A DNA stretch of 64,000 nucleotides. It comes from Octopus sinensis. Its lineage: Eukaryota. Where the stretch lies: assembly GCF_006345805.1 (NCBI RefSeq), contig NC_042998.1, positions 26,102,001 to 26,166,000 on the forward strand, written 5' to 3'. The notes under the pieces are model-generated. The model had not been told where the DNA came from, did no database searches, and saw only the letters and a list, made by a program, of their open reading frames with translations. A program made the translations under genes and the position numbers. This document shows, in pieces, positions 40,417-52,221 of the stretch. Each line of letters starts with the position of its first letter. Position 1 is the stretch's first letter.

Positions 40417-40833
40417 GGGCTGTGTGGTAAGTAGCTTGCTTACCAACCACATGGTTCCGGGTTCAGTTCCACTCTGTGGAACCTTGGGCAAGTGTCTTCT
40501 ACTATAGCCTCAGGCCAACCAAAGCCTTGTGAGTGGGTTTGGTAGATGGAAACTGAAAGAAGCCTGTCGTATATATATGTATATGTGTGTGTGTGTATGT
40601 GTGTGTGTGTGTGTGTTTGTGCGTCTGTGTTTGTCCCCCCCCCCATCCAACATCGCTTGACAACCAATGCTGGTGTGTTTATGTCCCCGTAACTTAGCGG
40701 TTCAGCAAATGAGACCAATAGAATAAGTACTAGGCTTACAAAGAATAAGTTCTGAGGTCGATTTGCTCGAGTAAAGGTGGTGCTCCAGCATGGCCACAGT
40801 CAAATGACTGAAACAAGTAAAAGAGTAAAGAGT
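40417..40833 (+). mobile_element. SINE family A, full length
   Basis: A-box-like ggctgtgtggtaag, B-box-like gggttcagttcc and a taaaagag tail. Confidence 0.9.
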
Positions 40834-40869
40834 ATTCATTATGATGATAAATGACTTTTCAAATCAACC

Positions 40870-41075
40870 AATTAGCAAATTGGCCAATTGGGCTGGTCAC
40901 TTGTCGCCATCCATCATACAGCTCAGATTTGATGTCCTCGGACTTTCACATGAGGGAAATAATGAAGGATAGTCTTTTAGGATAGTGATTTGATGTCACT
41001 GGAGAAGTGAAAGCATAACAGTGTACAGTTGGATTTTTACAAAAGAGGATTCAAAACTTGAGTTCATTGATGATG
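40870..41075 (+). mobile_element. Mariner transposase C-terminal relic
   Basis: RHPSYSSDLMSSDFH..MKDSLLG..FD..GEVK corresponds to the HPPYSPDLAPSDFHLF..LK..L.G..F...EVK motif. Confidence 0.7.
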
Positions 41076-41209
41076 CAAATGCAACACTTATGTGGTTGGT
41101 AAGCAAGCTACTTACCACACAGCCACTCCTGCGTCTTTGTTTTCAGTTTCTTTTTCTGTCTCTTCCTCCAAATGGTTTTTCTAAGCTTTTTTTGTATCTC
41201 TGTGCAGTG

Positions 41210-41662
41210 CTCAAACTTGAAATCTTCAAAGCCACAGTCGAACCAATTATACTATATGGCTCAGAAACCTGGACGTTATCAAAGAAGCTTGAGAGGCGGT
41301 TGGATGGAACCTACACTCGCCTCCTTATGAGAGCTCAAAATCTCTCGTGGAAGCGCCATCCAACCAAAATGCAAATATATGGGAAACTACCACCTGTGTC
41401 ATCTCTTGTGAAAGGTAGAAGAGTCCAGTTTGCTGGACATTGTTGTAGAGCTGAAAAAGAGGTAATTTCTACTCTTCTCCTCTGGAAGCCATCTACTCAC
41501 AATACCAGAGGGTGCACACTCTCCTACCCTAATGTAATCTCCAGGGATACAGGCATCCAGCAACAGGACCTCCATAATGCCATGATGGACCGTGAAGTCT
41601 GGCGTAGCATGGTAAATTCCATTGTCTCGACCACGGTCGAACAATGATTATGATGATGATTG
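41210..41662 (+). mobile_element. 5'-truncated RTE-clade LINE 3' end with (GAT)-type tail
   Basis: KLEIFKATVEPIILYGSETWTLSKKLERRLDGTYTRLLMRAQNLSW..RRVQFAGHCCR..LLLWKP..MMDREVWRS is an RTE ORF C-terminus with an open frame, followed by tgattatgatgatg. Confidence 0.92.
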
Positions 41663-41664
41663 CT

Positions 41665-41960
41665 CATACTATAGCCATGTTTCAGAAAATCAAAGAGAAT
41701 AATGCACTTGTAATCCTCCAAAACATTCACCAGGACTTTCTGTGCCAATTCATAACTCTTGATCTTCTTGGATTTTTGCAAAATAGTAGTGATGCGATTC
41801 CATATATTGAACCTTTATTTCCAGATTTGAAAAAATTTGTCTTTATTAGCTTCAAGCACTAACAGCAGATCAGATCAGACTTCTAACTTTTTCACCTCCT
41901 CCAGATTGGGTACCAGTTGCCGAGGTACCTCACACTATGCAGTTCATAATTCCCAAAGAC
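41665..41960 (-). mobile_element. Mariner transposase central relic
   Basis: SKKIKSYELAQKVLVNVLEDYKCIILFDFLKHGYS resembles PKKFK..SAGKVM.SVFWD..GVI.IDFL..G.T. A degenerate ..WVP.. motif lies upstream. Confidence 0.55.
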
Positions 41961-43741
41961 TTCCCCAATGCATTGTGAGTTTAATTGTGCAGCAAGCTCA
42001 TGGTTTATGATTCATCTATCTGCACAAATGCAACTCTGTTTTGTAGTATCTTTGTATAGAGGAAAAGCTACTCTGCTACCATTTGTCACATGAACAAATA
42101 AAAAAGCATTATGTAAATAAAAAAGCATTATGTCCACTTTAGCATTGCTTTTAGTATTATACATAGTTTTACAGGAGGAAACGAATTGGTTTAGGAAGAA
42201 ATTGGTTTTGATAACAACTTTTATCTAATCTAAATATATTTTGTTTTTATGCAATATACAATTTTATTTTAGTTGTTAACAAAAATATTTGTTTATAATT
42301 CAAGATTTATAAAAACATTTAAGATATACAAAGAAAATGTAATACAAATTTATTCATCTTCACAATGAAATAAAATAAAATAAAGACTTATGCTTCATTA
42401 TACTAGAATTGTTAATATCTCTATCTGATGGTTAGGATGTGGTTCCTTAGACAAATACAGAAGATATTTTACAAAGTTAACAATCATTGAAATCCTCAGA
42501 TGAGGAAAAACCACTAGTAAACCTTCGGTCATGAATGGACATGGGATTGCACCTAGAAAGTTACCCTTCAATGTGCAAGTCTGGGCAAGGTTGTTTATGG
42601 AAGACCAGCAGTCGCCCATGCATACCAGCCTACCCTCACCATACCACCAATGTCACCCAAGGGAAAGGCAAAGGGGCCAATACAGCTTGGCATCAGTGAT
42701 GTCGCAACTCATTTCTGCAGCTGAGTGAACTGGAGCAACATGAAATAAAGTGTCTTGCTCAAGAACACAACGTACAGCCTGGTCCAGGATTCGAACTCAC
42801 AACCTCACGGTCTTAAGCTCGATGCTCTAACCACTGAGCCATGTGCCTTCACTAATAAGATAAGGAGACAGTATTTGGGAAGACAAAGCATTGAACGCTT
42901 GGTGACAAATGGAGAACTGACAGGAAAAAGAAGCCAAAAAAAAGAAAAAAACTGAAACGACCATACCAGATGTTAACTGAAGACTAACCCAATAATGTAT
43001 TTAGCTGTGCATAAGATAGAAGGACTAAGGGTTCATGATCACAGGCATGGAACGTGAAGAAGAGGAATATTTATAATATTTCCTAAAAGTAGCAAAAAAT
43101 ATTAATCCAGTATAAGTAGAAGATACATTTCAAGCTGTTAATAAAACTTCAGCACCAATATTCTATGGCAGCAATCATTTTTCTATTGGATATTTATTTT
43201 GTGTTATACTCACTTATATTACAGAAACATCACAAAGGAAAATATTTATTCTTTAAGTTCTGGGTATGGCTTTGGACTGCATCTTGTATTGGAGTCCTAG
43301 TTTAGGAGTTCCCAGCTGTGGAGGAATGGAGAACCACCTCTGATCCATTATTGTTCCCAGGTCTACTCTGACCTGGAGTAGTAGCTCCTGTCGAGGTCCC
43401 AGTCTTCGATTAAATAGCATCTAACCACCAAAGCCAGGGTAATTTAAAATCATATATATATATATATATATTGCATAAAATATTATAGATTATATTAGAT
43501 TATAGAGCGATAGAGAGAAAGAATGAAAAACTGTAGAATCGCAGAAATTATATAGAAATGTAAGAACTTACTGTGGACAAGGTTGCGTTGTGTTCGATTA
43601 TAAATAAAGAAAAAATACACATAAAGCACACATTTATATATAGATATATGTATATATGTGTGTGTGTATACGTACATATATATATAGAGAGAGATATATA
43701 GGTTTAGAAGTAGAAATATATGTGTGTGTGTGTGTAAATAA

Positions 43742-43882
43742 GTTTCAGATGCCGAGGCAGAAATCCATGCTGCCATCTCTTCAGTTATCAAGCCATCGGA
43801 AAAATTTTTTTCATAGCATTTTTTCCGATGGCCGGATAACTGAAAAGATGGTGGCATGGATTTCCGCCTCGGTATCCAAAAC
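43742..43882. repeat. ~140-bp imperfect hairpin element
   Basis: gatgccgaggcagaaatccatgctgccatctcttcagttatc..gccatcggaaaaa pairs with tttttccgatggc..gataactgaaaagatggtggcatggatttccgcctcggtatc. Confidence 0.85.
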
Positions 43883-44239
43883 TCAGAGTTTTATCATGGC
43901 TACCAAATAAGTGTCACATATTACTTTTACAGATAAATTCCTCTATTTACATAATATCGAGATCTCTTTCATTCTTTTGTTGTCTTACCATTTTTATCAA
44001 TATATATATATACATATATATATTATATTAAATTAGAGATAAAACCACTATTAGGCAAATCAAACAGTGAAAAACATAAGCCAATACATAAAATTAATTT
44101 AAAAATATAAAAGTTAAAAATTAAAAAATATTAAAATAATTTAAACTTATAAATTTTAAATATATATATGCAAATATATATATATATATGTATGTATAGT
44201 AGGCTTTCCATTTAATTCTAGAAACAAAATCCTTAATAT

Positions 44240-44620
44240 CATCATCATCATCATCATTTAGCGTCCGCTTTCCATGCTAGCATGGGTTGGACGGGTCAAC
44301 TGGGGTCTGTGAAGCTGGAAGGCTACGTCAGGCCCAGTCAGATCTGGCAGTGTTTCTACGGCTGGATGCCCTTCCTAACGCCAACCACTCCGCGAGTGTA
44401 GTGGGTGCTTTTTACGTGCCACCTGCACAAACGGCCACGAACGGATGGTGCTTTTACATGTCACTGGCACGGGGGCCAGCTGAGGCTGGCAACGAACACG
44501 AACGGATGGTGCTTTTACGTGCCACCGACACGGGGTCAGACAGAGCTGGCAAACGGCCCTGAACGGACGGTGCTTTTACGTGTCACCGGCACGGGGGCCA
44601 GCCAAGGCTGGCAACGGACA
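44240..44620 (-). mobile_element. SINE family B with four internal tandem units
   Basis: catcatcatttagcgtccgctttccatgctagcatggg.. followed by repeated ggtgcttttacgtgccacc units. Confidence 0.9.
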
Positions 44621-45499
44621 AGGTTCCACACTGTTACTGTCAACCATTTTCATTTATGAAGCATTGGTCAATTTGAGGCTATAGCAGAAGGCATTAGCCA
44701 AAGGTGCCATGCAGTGGGTTTGAACCTATAACTACATGCTTGTGAAGTAAACTTCTAAAATACACGGCCATGCCCACAAAAGAATAAGGAATCCTATGAA
44801 GCTTTAGCATACTATTAAAATATTTGAAATTCTATAGAGGTCTTTGGTTTAAATACAGACTAAGCAAAAACGACATATGCTAAAAATTGAGAAGTTGTGT
44901 TGGATTGGTACAAAAGTAAGTGAAAACATGCACTTAAAATTGAGCATAAAATACATTATTAATCTAGTAATCTCAGCCTGTTCATGAATATACAGATTTT
45001 TGATATTTGAAAGTTGATATCTTATTCCTGTATAAAAACAATAAATAAATAGTTTTCTGTGTGTGGTCATTTTTCTGTGTTATTTAGTTTCTTTTCATTT
45101 TGCTTATTTTTTTTATATCTCTTTAAATGGTATGATTTAGCAATTTTAAAACAGTGGAAGAGTATTTTAAAGTTGCAGACTTAAAAGTTGGTACTTTTAC
45201 AGATGAGAGCACTTGAAGTGAAACAAATATAATTTCTAGCGATTTATCAATCTCTCTAAAAGTCTGCAGAGTTATAGAAAGTTATAGAACCCTCCACCAC
45301 CAAATATATATATGTGGTGGGGGGTGAGTGTGTGTCGCTGTGTGTGTGTATGTACATATGTATGTAAATATGTATGTATATATGTATCTATATATGTACA
45401 TGTGTATATATGTTTGTGTGTGTATGTATGTATGTTAGTATGTATGTGTGTACGTATGTACATATATGTGTATGTATGTGTGTATATGTGTCATTATTC

Positions 45500-46520
45500 A
45501 GTTTTATTTCAAGATTTCTTGCTAATATAGAAATAGTTGGTTTCTAACCTAGATCCAAGGCTCCTTCATTGGTATTTTAACATCAACAACAGCATATTTT
45601 TGTATATATGTATGTGTATATGAGCCGTATTCAGAGTCAGTGTATGTGCAGATTTGTAGGTTTTGTTTTATGTATGTATTCATATGCTCAATTCTATATA
45701 TACGCAAATGAAAAACTTCAGAAAGTTTTACACAATTTTACAGTTCCAATGATGGATTGAATCCTTAGTCTTTGAATCAGCTTTCTTCTTTCTAGTTTTG
45801 AGAAGCCTAATTTCTCAAATCGGTACTTGGGCAGTGTATTACATATCCTGGTGCCCCAATAATTACAGGTAGAAACCTGAATTTGTATTCTGGGCAGATA
45901 GCTACAGATTTCTCAATAGTTCAGCAGAGGTATTCTCTTTTTCACTGATCTTCAGCTTTATACTAACAACTGCTAGACAGCTAATTTGCACTACAGTACA
46001 AAGTTTCTCTTCTCTTTTCCCAGATTACTATGTCAGGTGTATTATGTTTACATTAAGGTTTTCACTGGGACACTTCACCAGTACTTCTCCTTATTATGAG
46101 TGGTTATGGCCTCTGTCATACTGTGGTTCTTATTTCTTCAGGGTTATCCTTATGACAGATCAAATTATACAGGGCCTTAGATGCAACATCATGTCTCATT
46201 GGAAGATAATACCATGATAACATTTTTAGACAACTGCTTATGATGGGTGATATTTTCAGTGTTAACTCCACAAAGTCTGCATCGGTTACTACATTTTGGT
46301 GTATTTCTTATGACTCTGACCCTTTTGTGTTTCTGGATTGCATATGCATACCCTTCCAAGTGGGATTTAGTAATCCAGCTGTAAGTCCATAATAGACTAC
46401 TATGATTATTAATGTTACTTTCATCCTGGAGCTTCCTGCTAACCACTTGCGTAGCTTGAGTGTGTGTTGTCCAGAGTGGCCCTTCCACTTGCTGCCCACC
46501 CCCAGAACCCATAAAGAAAA
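45500..46520 (-). mobile_element. Second RLE-type non-LTR family, decayed 3' portion
   Basis: The minus strand reads HLEGYAYAIQ..CRLCGVNTENITH..RHDVASKALYNLICH..TPDIVIW..PVIIGAPG..EKLGFS..IQSIIGTVK.CKTF. Confidence 0.8.
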
Positions 46521-47417
46521 ATATATATTGCCTACAGCAGACCCAAAAGTGCTGTCCCTTTAAAAGTGCAACCCGGGGTGGACAGCTCCTACCGCTGCCT
46601 CCCCCCCCTTAAGCTACACTAGTGCTGCTAACATAGCCATGCATGGTCTTCTGGTGATGTATCCTCATGCTTTCATCTGATGATACATTGCGGTAGAGTC
46701 AGGAAAATTCTTAGGGTATGTATTTAAGGTCATCAGACAAGGAGTGTTGCTTAATGAGCTACTTTCTAAGTCTCACAATGTTATCTGCCTCATGTCTGTT
46801 AATTAAAGGAAGTAAATATCAGAGTTAGTAGAGCGCTGGACAAAATACTTTACACTGTTTTACTCTTTTACTTGTTTCAGTCATTTGACTGTGGCCATGC
46901 TGGAGCACCGCCTTTTAGTCAAGCAAATCGACCCCAGGACTTATTCTTTGTAAGCCCGGTACTTATTGTATCGGTCACTTTTTGCCGAACCGCTATGTGA
47001 CGGGGACGTAAACACACCAGCATCGGTTGTCAAGCAATGCTAGGGGGACAAACACAGGCACACACACACACACATATATATGTCTTTTATTTTTCTGTAA
47101 ATTTCAACTATGTATATATATATATGTGTGTATATATACATTAAAGGAAAAGGACATCAAAACCAAGGCAGGACAAATATCTCAAGTCATTTATAATAAT
47201 TTAATTAGGGTAAGGTTAATTTGAAGTTTTACAGTTGTTTCTGGGATATCCCAAGTGATAAGCTAGCATGTCCATCATCAAAGACAAGGTGAGTTAAGTA
47301 TGAAAGTTCTAGACAAGGAATTCACAATTTATAAGGAATAAAATAGAAGAATAAAGAGTAAAATTAAATACAAGAATACAGACAGGAGAATAAAAGTTCA
47401 CAATTCATTTTTTCCAG

Positions 47418-47476
47418 AAGGTATGGAGGTTGGTCCATACTTTTGTGAAGGTATAGGTCCTTATGCTCAATCCCAG
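47418..47476 (+). CDS. Candidate 59-nt exon (GMEVGPYFCEGIGPYAQSQ)
   Basis: attcattttttccag acceptor, cag/gtaaat donor, open frame and higher GC than the flanks. Protein not recognised. Confidence 0.35.
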
Positions 47477-47631
47477 GTAAATCCAGGCAGAATTTTGGCA
47501 GTATTTTGAATGATGCTTTCATGTTAAAGTAGCTTGATGACCAATTATAGCACTTACTTAGCGTACCTCTTCGTTTAGACCACCAGTGAACTAAACCCCT
47601 CATATCCTTTATATTTATATATGTGTATATA

Positions 47632-47695
<64 letters not shown>

Positions 47696-47899
47696 TAGAT
47701 AAATATAGATATATATATAAAAATAAGGATAAGATCGTTATTTAAATACCGATGTTATTAGGTGGCCAGTATGGGAATAAAAACCTTCAAAGGTAATAAT
47801 TATTATTAAAATTATAAGTTAGAGTATCTAAGAGATACCACCATGCTGGAAATAGCTGCCAAAACTTGACTCTAAAATCGTATTAAATGTTCATACACC

Positions 47900-48260
47900 A
47901 CGAGGAGAGAAGACAAAGAGATAGGATATCTATGGACTATTGCTTCAAAACCTCCAGTTTCTATATCCAGACAATGAATTCATATTCATACCAATAATAA
48001 TTGGAGCACTCGGTTTTGTAAGTAAATGCTTAAAGGAGAATCTGGATAAACTGAGATTTTCAGAAAGAGAAATCTACTGGTTAATTCATATGTTACTAGT
48101 GCAATCCGTGAGTGGAACAGTAAAAATATGCAAGACTTTTCTCAAGTTCCAAATGTTGTTTTGTCTCTGTTAAGTACATCCCAAAGATGGAGCCTTGTCT
48201 GTTTGTTGGAAACCGGCTCCCTCCTCTGTAGAAGATTTACAATAATTAAAAATTAGAAGA
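47900..48260 (+). mobile_element. RLE-type non-LTR 3' end, same family as 45500-46520, opposite orientation
   Basis: LLQNLQFLYPDNEFIFIPIIIGALGFVSKCLKENLDKLRFS..SVSGTVKICKTFLKF. It shares the 3'UTR motif ggagccttg..gtt.gaaacc. Confidence 0.8.
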
Positions 48261-48272
48261 GACACACATACA

Positions 48273-48305
<33 letters not shown>

Positions 48306-48552
48306 GATGGATGCCCCCTCGTTATCGAGTAAGGCCATTGAACGAAGCTTAACTGTTATTGGTACTGTCATTGAATGTGACTTTTTAGCCCAGCTAAAGA
48401 TCTACAATGTCTTGTACAGAATTGGCAGCTAAAACCTTTACCGGTAATAGCCGGTTGTAGTTGTAAGTGGGCTTCATGTACCTTTGCATGTCATTTAAGT
48501 CCTCCTGTCAAATTACACTCTCTTCCACATGCCTGACATACTTACATACATA

Positions 48553-48896
48553 CATCATCATCATCATCATCGTTTAGCGTCCACTTTCCATGCTAGCATG
48601 GGTTGGACAGTTCAACTGGGGTCTGGGAAGCCAGAAGGCTGCACCAGGCCCAGTTTGATCTGGCAATGTTTCTACGGCTGGATGCCCTTCCTAATGCCAA
48701 CCACTCCATGAGTGTAGTGGGTGCTTTTTACGTGCCACCGGCACAGGTGCCAGACGAGTCTGGCAAACGGCCACGATCGGATGGTGCTTTTTATGTGCCA
48801 CCATAAAAAGCACCATCCGATTGTGGCCGTTTACCAGACTCGTCTGGCACCTGTGCCGGTGGCACGTAAAAAGCACCCACTACACTCATGGAGTGG
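48553..48896. mobile_element. Family-B SINE ending in a ~95-bp-arm snap-back palindrome (48701-48896)
   Basis: ccactccatgagtgtagtggg..ggtgctttttatg / tgccac / cataaaaagcacc..cccactacactcatggagtgg, with two mismatches. Confidence 0.93.
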
Positions 48897-48900
48897 GTGC

Positions 48901-48931
<31 letters not shown>

Positions 48932-48950
48932 CATACATACATACATACAT

Positions 48951-49563
48951 AGGAATGAAACAAATGCAAATTATTTATAAAAATAGATATATGAAAACAA
49001 ATATTTAATCATTTGCAAAAGCAACATACTGACAAGAAGACTTAAAACTTCTTCTGATAAGTGAAAGCAGAATAAAATTACTCTATTAATAGTTGTACAA
49101 AACTCCTCCTGCACACATAAATCATTTAAATCTAAGGTTATTTACACTTCATACGAGATATTTTCTACAATTAGAAATTATAGCAGGTACAATAAGCACA
49201 TTGTTTATGAAATAAATTGGATATTAAGTTTTTAGCTTTGAGCTGGCACCTCGCAAGAGGCTTGCGTTCGTTGATCATGTTCCTGAAGAGGTATTCAAAG
49301 AAATGATATTTTTTTTATTACAAATCAGCCAAGATGGATAAAATGCTTATAATCTATATCAACTCATCTGACTGGGGAAGTTACCATTTATACATGCATG
49401 CTTAAACAGTTACCATTGATTGTGCAACTTTCATTGTTCTTGGCACGAACTTGTTGAATGCAAAGAAGCTTGTACCGATATCTGGTTACGCACACACAGT
49501 ATTATCTTTCAATGTGTGTGTTTGTGTGTATGTTTGTGTGTGTGTGTGCGCATGCCTGTATAT

Positions 49564-49597
<34 letters not shown>

Positions 49598-49603
49598 ATA
49601 TAT

Positions 49604-49645
<42 letters not shown>

Positions 49646-50364
49646 ATACATACATACATGCATACATACATATATATATATACAGGCACGCACACACACA
49701 TACATATATATACATACATACATATACATACATACATACATACATACATACATACATACATAGGAATGAAACAAATGCAAATTATTATAAAAATAGATAT
49801 ATGAAAACAAATATTTAATCATTTGCAAAAGCAACATACTGACAAGAAGACTTAAAACTTCTTCTGATAAGTGAAAGCAGAATAAAATTACTCTATTAAT
49901 AGTTGTACAAAACTCCTCCTGCACACATAAATCATTTAAATCTAAGGTTATTTACACTTCATACGAGATATTTTCTACAATTAGAAATTATAGCAGGTAC
50001 AATAAGCACATTGTTTATGAAATAAATTGGATATTAAGTTTTTAGCTTTGAGCTGGCACCTCGCAAGAGGCTTGCGTTCGTTGATCATGTTCCTGAAGAG
50101 GTATTCAAAGAAATGATATTTTTTTTATTACAAATCAGCCAAGATGGATAAAATGCTTATAATCTATATCAACTCATCTGACTGGGGAAGTTACCATTTA
50201 TACATGCATGCTTAAACAGTTACCATTGATTGTGCAACTTTCATTGTTCTTGGCACGAACTTGTTGAATGCAAAGAAGCTTGTACCGATATCTGGTTACG
50301 CACACACAGTATTATCTTTCAATGTGTGTGTTGTGTGTATGTTTGTGTGTGTGTGTGCGCATGC

Positions 50365-50410
<46 letters not shown>

Positions 50411-50504
50411 CATACATACATACATACATGCATACATACATATATATATATACAGGCACGCACACACACATACATATATATATATACATACATACATACA
50501 TACA

Positions 50505-50538
<34 letters not shown>

Positions 50539-50560
50539 CATACATACATACATATATACA

Positions 50561-50590
<30 letters not shown>
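48951..50590 (+). repeat. ~810-bp direct tandem duplication (48951-49761, 49762-~50590) bounded by (TACA)n
   Basis: About 560 bp of unique sequence starting aggaatgaaacaaatgcaaatt is repeated with only single-base indels. Confidence 0.95.
49236..49290 (+). CDS. Candidate 55-nt exon (FELAPRKRLAFVDHVPEE), duplicated at 50046-50100
   Basis: gtttttag acceptor, gag/gtattc donor, and a GC/CpG-rich island in AT-rich DNA. Protein not recognised. Confidence 0.3.
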
Positions 50591-50591
<1 letters not shown>

Positions 50592-51044
50592 GTTATGTGT
50601 GTGTGTGTGTGTGTGTGTGTGCATGGTATTGCTGCATGGTAATATAAAGTTAAGTCAGTATACGTCTGGGGACCTTTCATTCCAGCATTTCCAAACACAA
50701 GAGACAATAGTAAATGGAAAATAAACATCAAAATGAATAGAGTTGTTTTTATCGACTACACTGGTTGATAGTTTCTCATAACACATAAACAGTGTTACAA
50801 TAAGTTTTTTTCTTCTTTTTTTTTTTGACTATTTTCTTTACTGCTTCTCACTAGAATAGACAGAAGATACTTTCCTATACAGCTACCAAGCCTAAAAGGG
50901 ATATACACTTTTGGGTTTCCTGTACATAGGGAAAATATAGGATAATCACAGCTGGAATGTCTTTGATCATATGTCTACTTTATCATGGTTGACCTGGGGT
51001 TAAACAGCAAATGCTCATCGACAACATCAAGACCAGGCAAAGTC

Positions 51045-51457
51045 TTCTCTTTTCTCTTTTTTACTTGTTTCAGTCATTTGACTGCGGCCATGCTGGAGCA
51101 CCGCCCTTAATCGAGCAACTCGACCCCAGGACTTATTCTTTTGTAAGCCCAGTACTTATTCTATCGGTCTCTTTTGCCGAACCGCTAAGTAACGGGGGAC
51201 ATAAACACACCGGCATCGGTTGTCAAGCAATGCTAGGGGGACAAACACGGACACACAAACACACACACGCACATATATATATATACATATATACGATGGG
51301 CTTCTTTCAGTTTCCATCTACCAAATCCACTCACATGGCTTTGGTCGGCCCGAAGCTATAGTAGAAGACACTTGCCCAAGGTGCCACGCAGTGGGACTGA
51401 ACCCGGAACCATGTTGTTGGTAAACAAGCTACTTACCACACAGCCACTCCTGCACCT
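51045..51457 (-). mobile_element. SINE family A, full length
   Basis: Reverse complement of 59581-59984. Confidence 0.92.
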
Positions 51458-52014
51458 TGTTAATATTTTTTGAAAAGATACTCACTTGTTTTAAAAAAGC
51501 ATTCTTTCTGACTTAATAATAAAACTAATTATTCAACCTATATAAAGAGCACCATACATATGTGATCATTGACAGAGCGGCTATCTGACCTCTGTGCCAG
51601 TGGCGTGCTCTTTACCAGCATCACTTTACTGGCACCTACGCCAGTGGCATGTGTAAAAAATTCGAGCGAGGTCATTGCCAGTGCCGCCTGACCTGCCCCG
51701 TGCCAGTAGCACATAAAAGCACCCACTACACTCTCGGAGTGGTTGGTGTTATGAAGGGCACCCAACTGTAGAAACTCTGCCAGATCAAGATTGGAGCCTG
51801 GTGCAGCCATCTGGTTTGCCAGCCTTCAGTTATACATCCAAACCATGCTAGCATGGAAAGTGGACGTTAAACAATGATGATGATGATGATGATATAAATT
51901 TTATACACAATTTGTATGTTACAAGATGTATTAGGATTAAATAATTCTTGCTTTAAGAGACATGTTCATTATTTACAATGGATGGATAGATGTCCTCATC
52001 TTGTTTGTTATTAT

Positions 52015-52056
52015 CTCAACGTTTTGGCTGATGTACTCTCCAGCCTTCATCAGGTG
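52015..52056 (-). ncRNA. Minimal hammerhead-ribozyme-like motif, core G mutated
   Basis: The minus strand reads cac-CTGATGA-A-GGCTG-gagagtacat-CAGCC-AAAA-C-GTT-gag. Confidence 0.6.
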
Positions 52057-52179
52057 TTCTGGTGGAATTTTGAACCCGACTCTATTTGACTAATGAGGTA
52101 TTCTGTTCTCATTTGTAAGGTATATTGTTGATGTTATTTTTCTGTTTATATTAGGGGTGGGTTCGAAATTCTACTAGAA

Positions 52180-52221
52180 CATCTGATGATGACAGGAGAG
52201 TACATCAGCCGAAATGTTGTG
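52180..52221 (+). ncRNA. Minimal hammerhead-ribozyme-like motif, stem II mutated
   Basis: cat-CTGATGA-T-GACAG-gagagtacat-CAGCC-GAAA-T-GTT-gtg, an inverted paralogue of 52015-52056. Confidence 0.6.

Noticed and set aside
45538-45575. Minus-strand ccaatgaag-gagcct..aggtt-agaaac in the RLE LINE 3'UTR as a ribozyme
   Set aside because: It lacks the CUGA core. It is more likely a 3'UTR stem-loop.
46672-46712. ctgatga-tac-attgcg-gta as a hammerhead
   Set aside because: Stem II is followed by gagt rather than gaaa, and there are no stems I/III.
49280-49310. ctgaagag..gaaa as a hammerhead core
   Set aside because: There is no pairable stem II (ggtattcaaa), and the would-be cleavage triplet ends in G.
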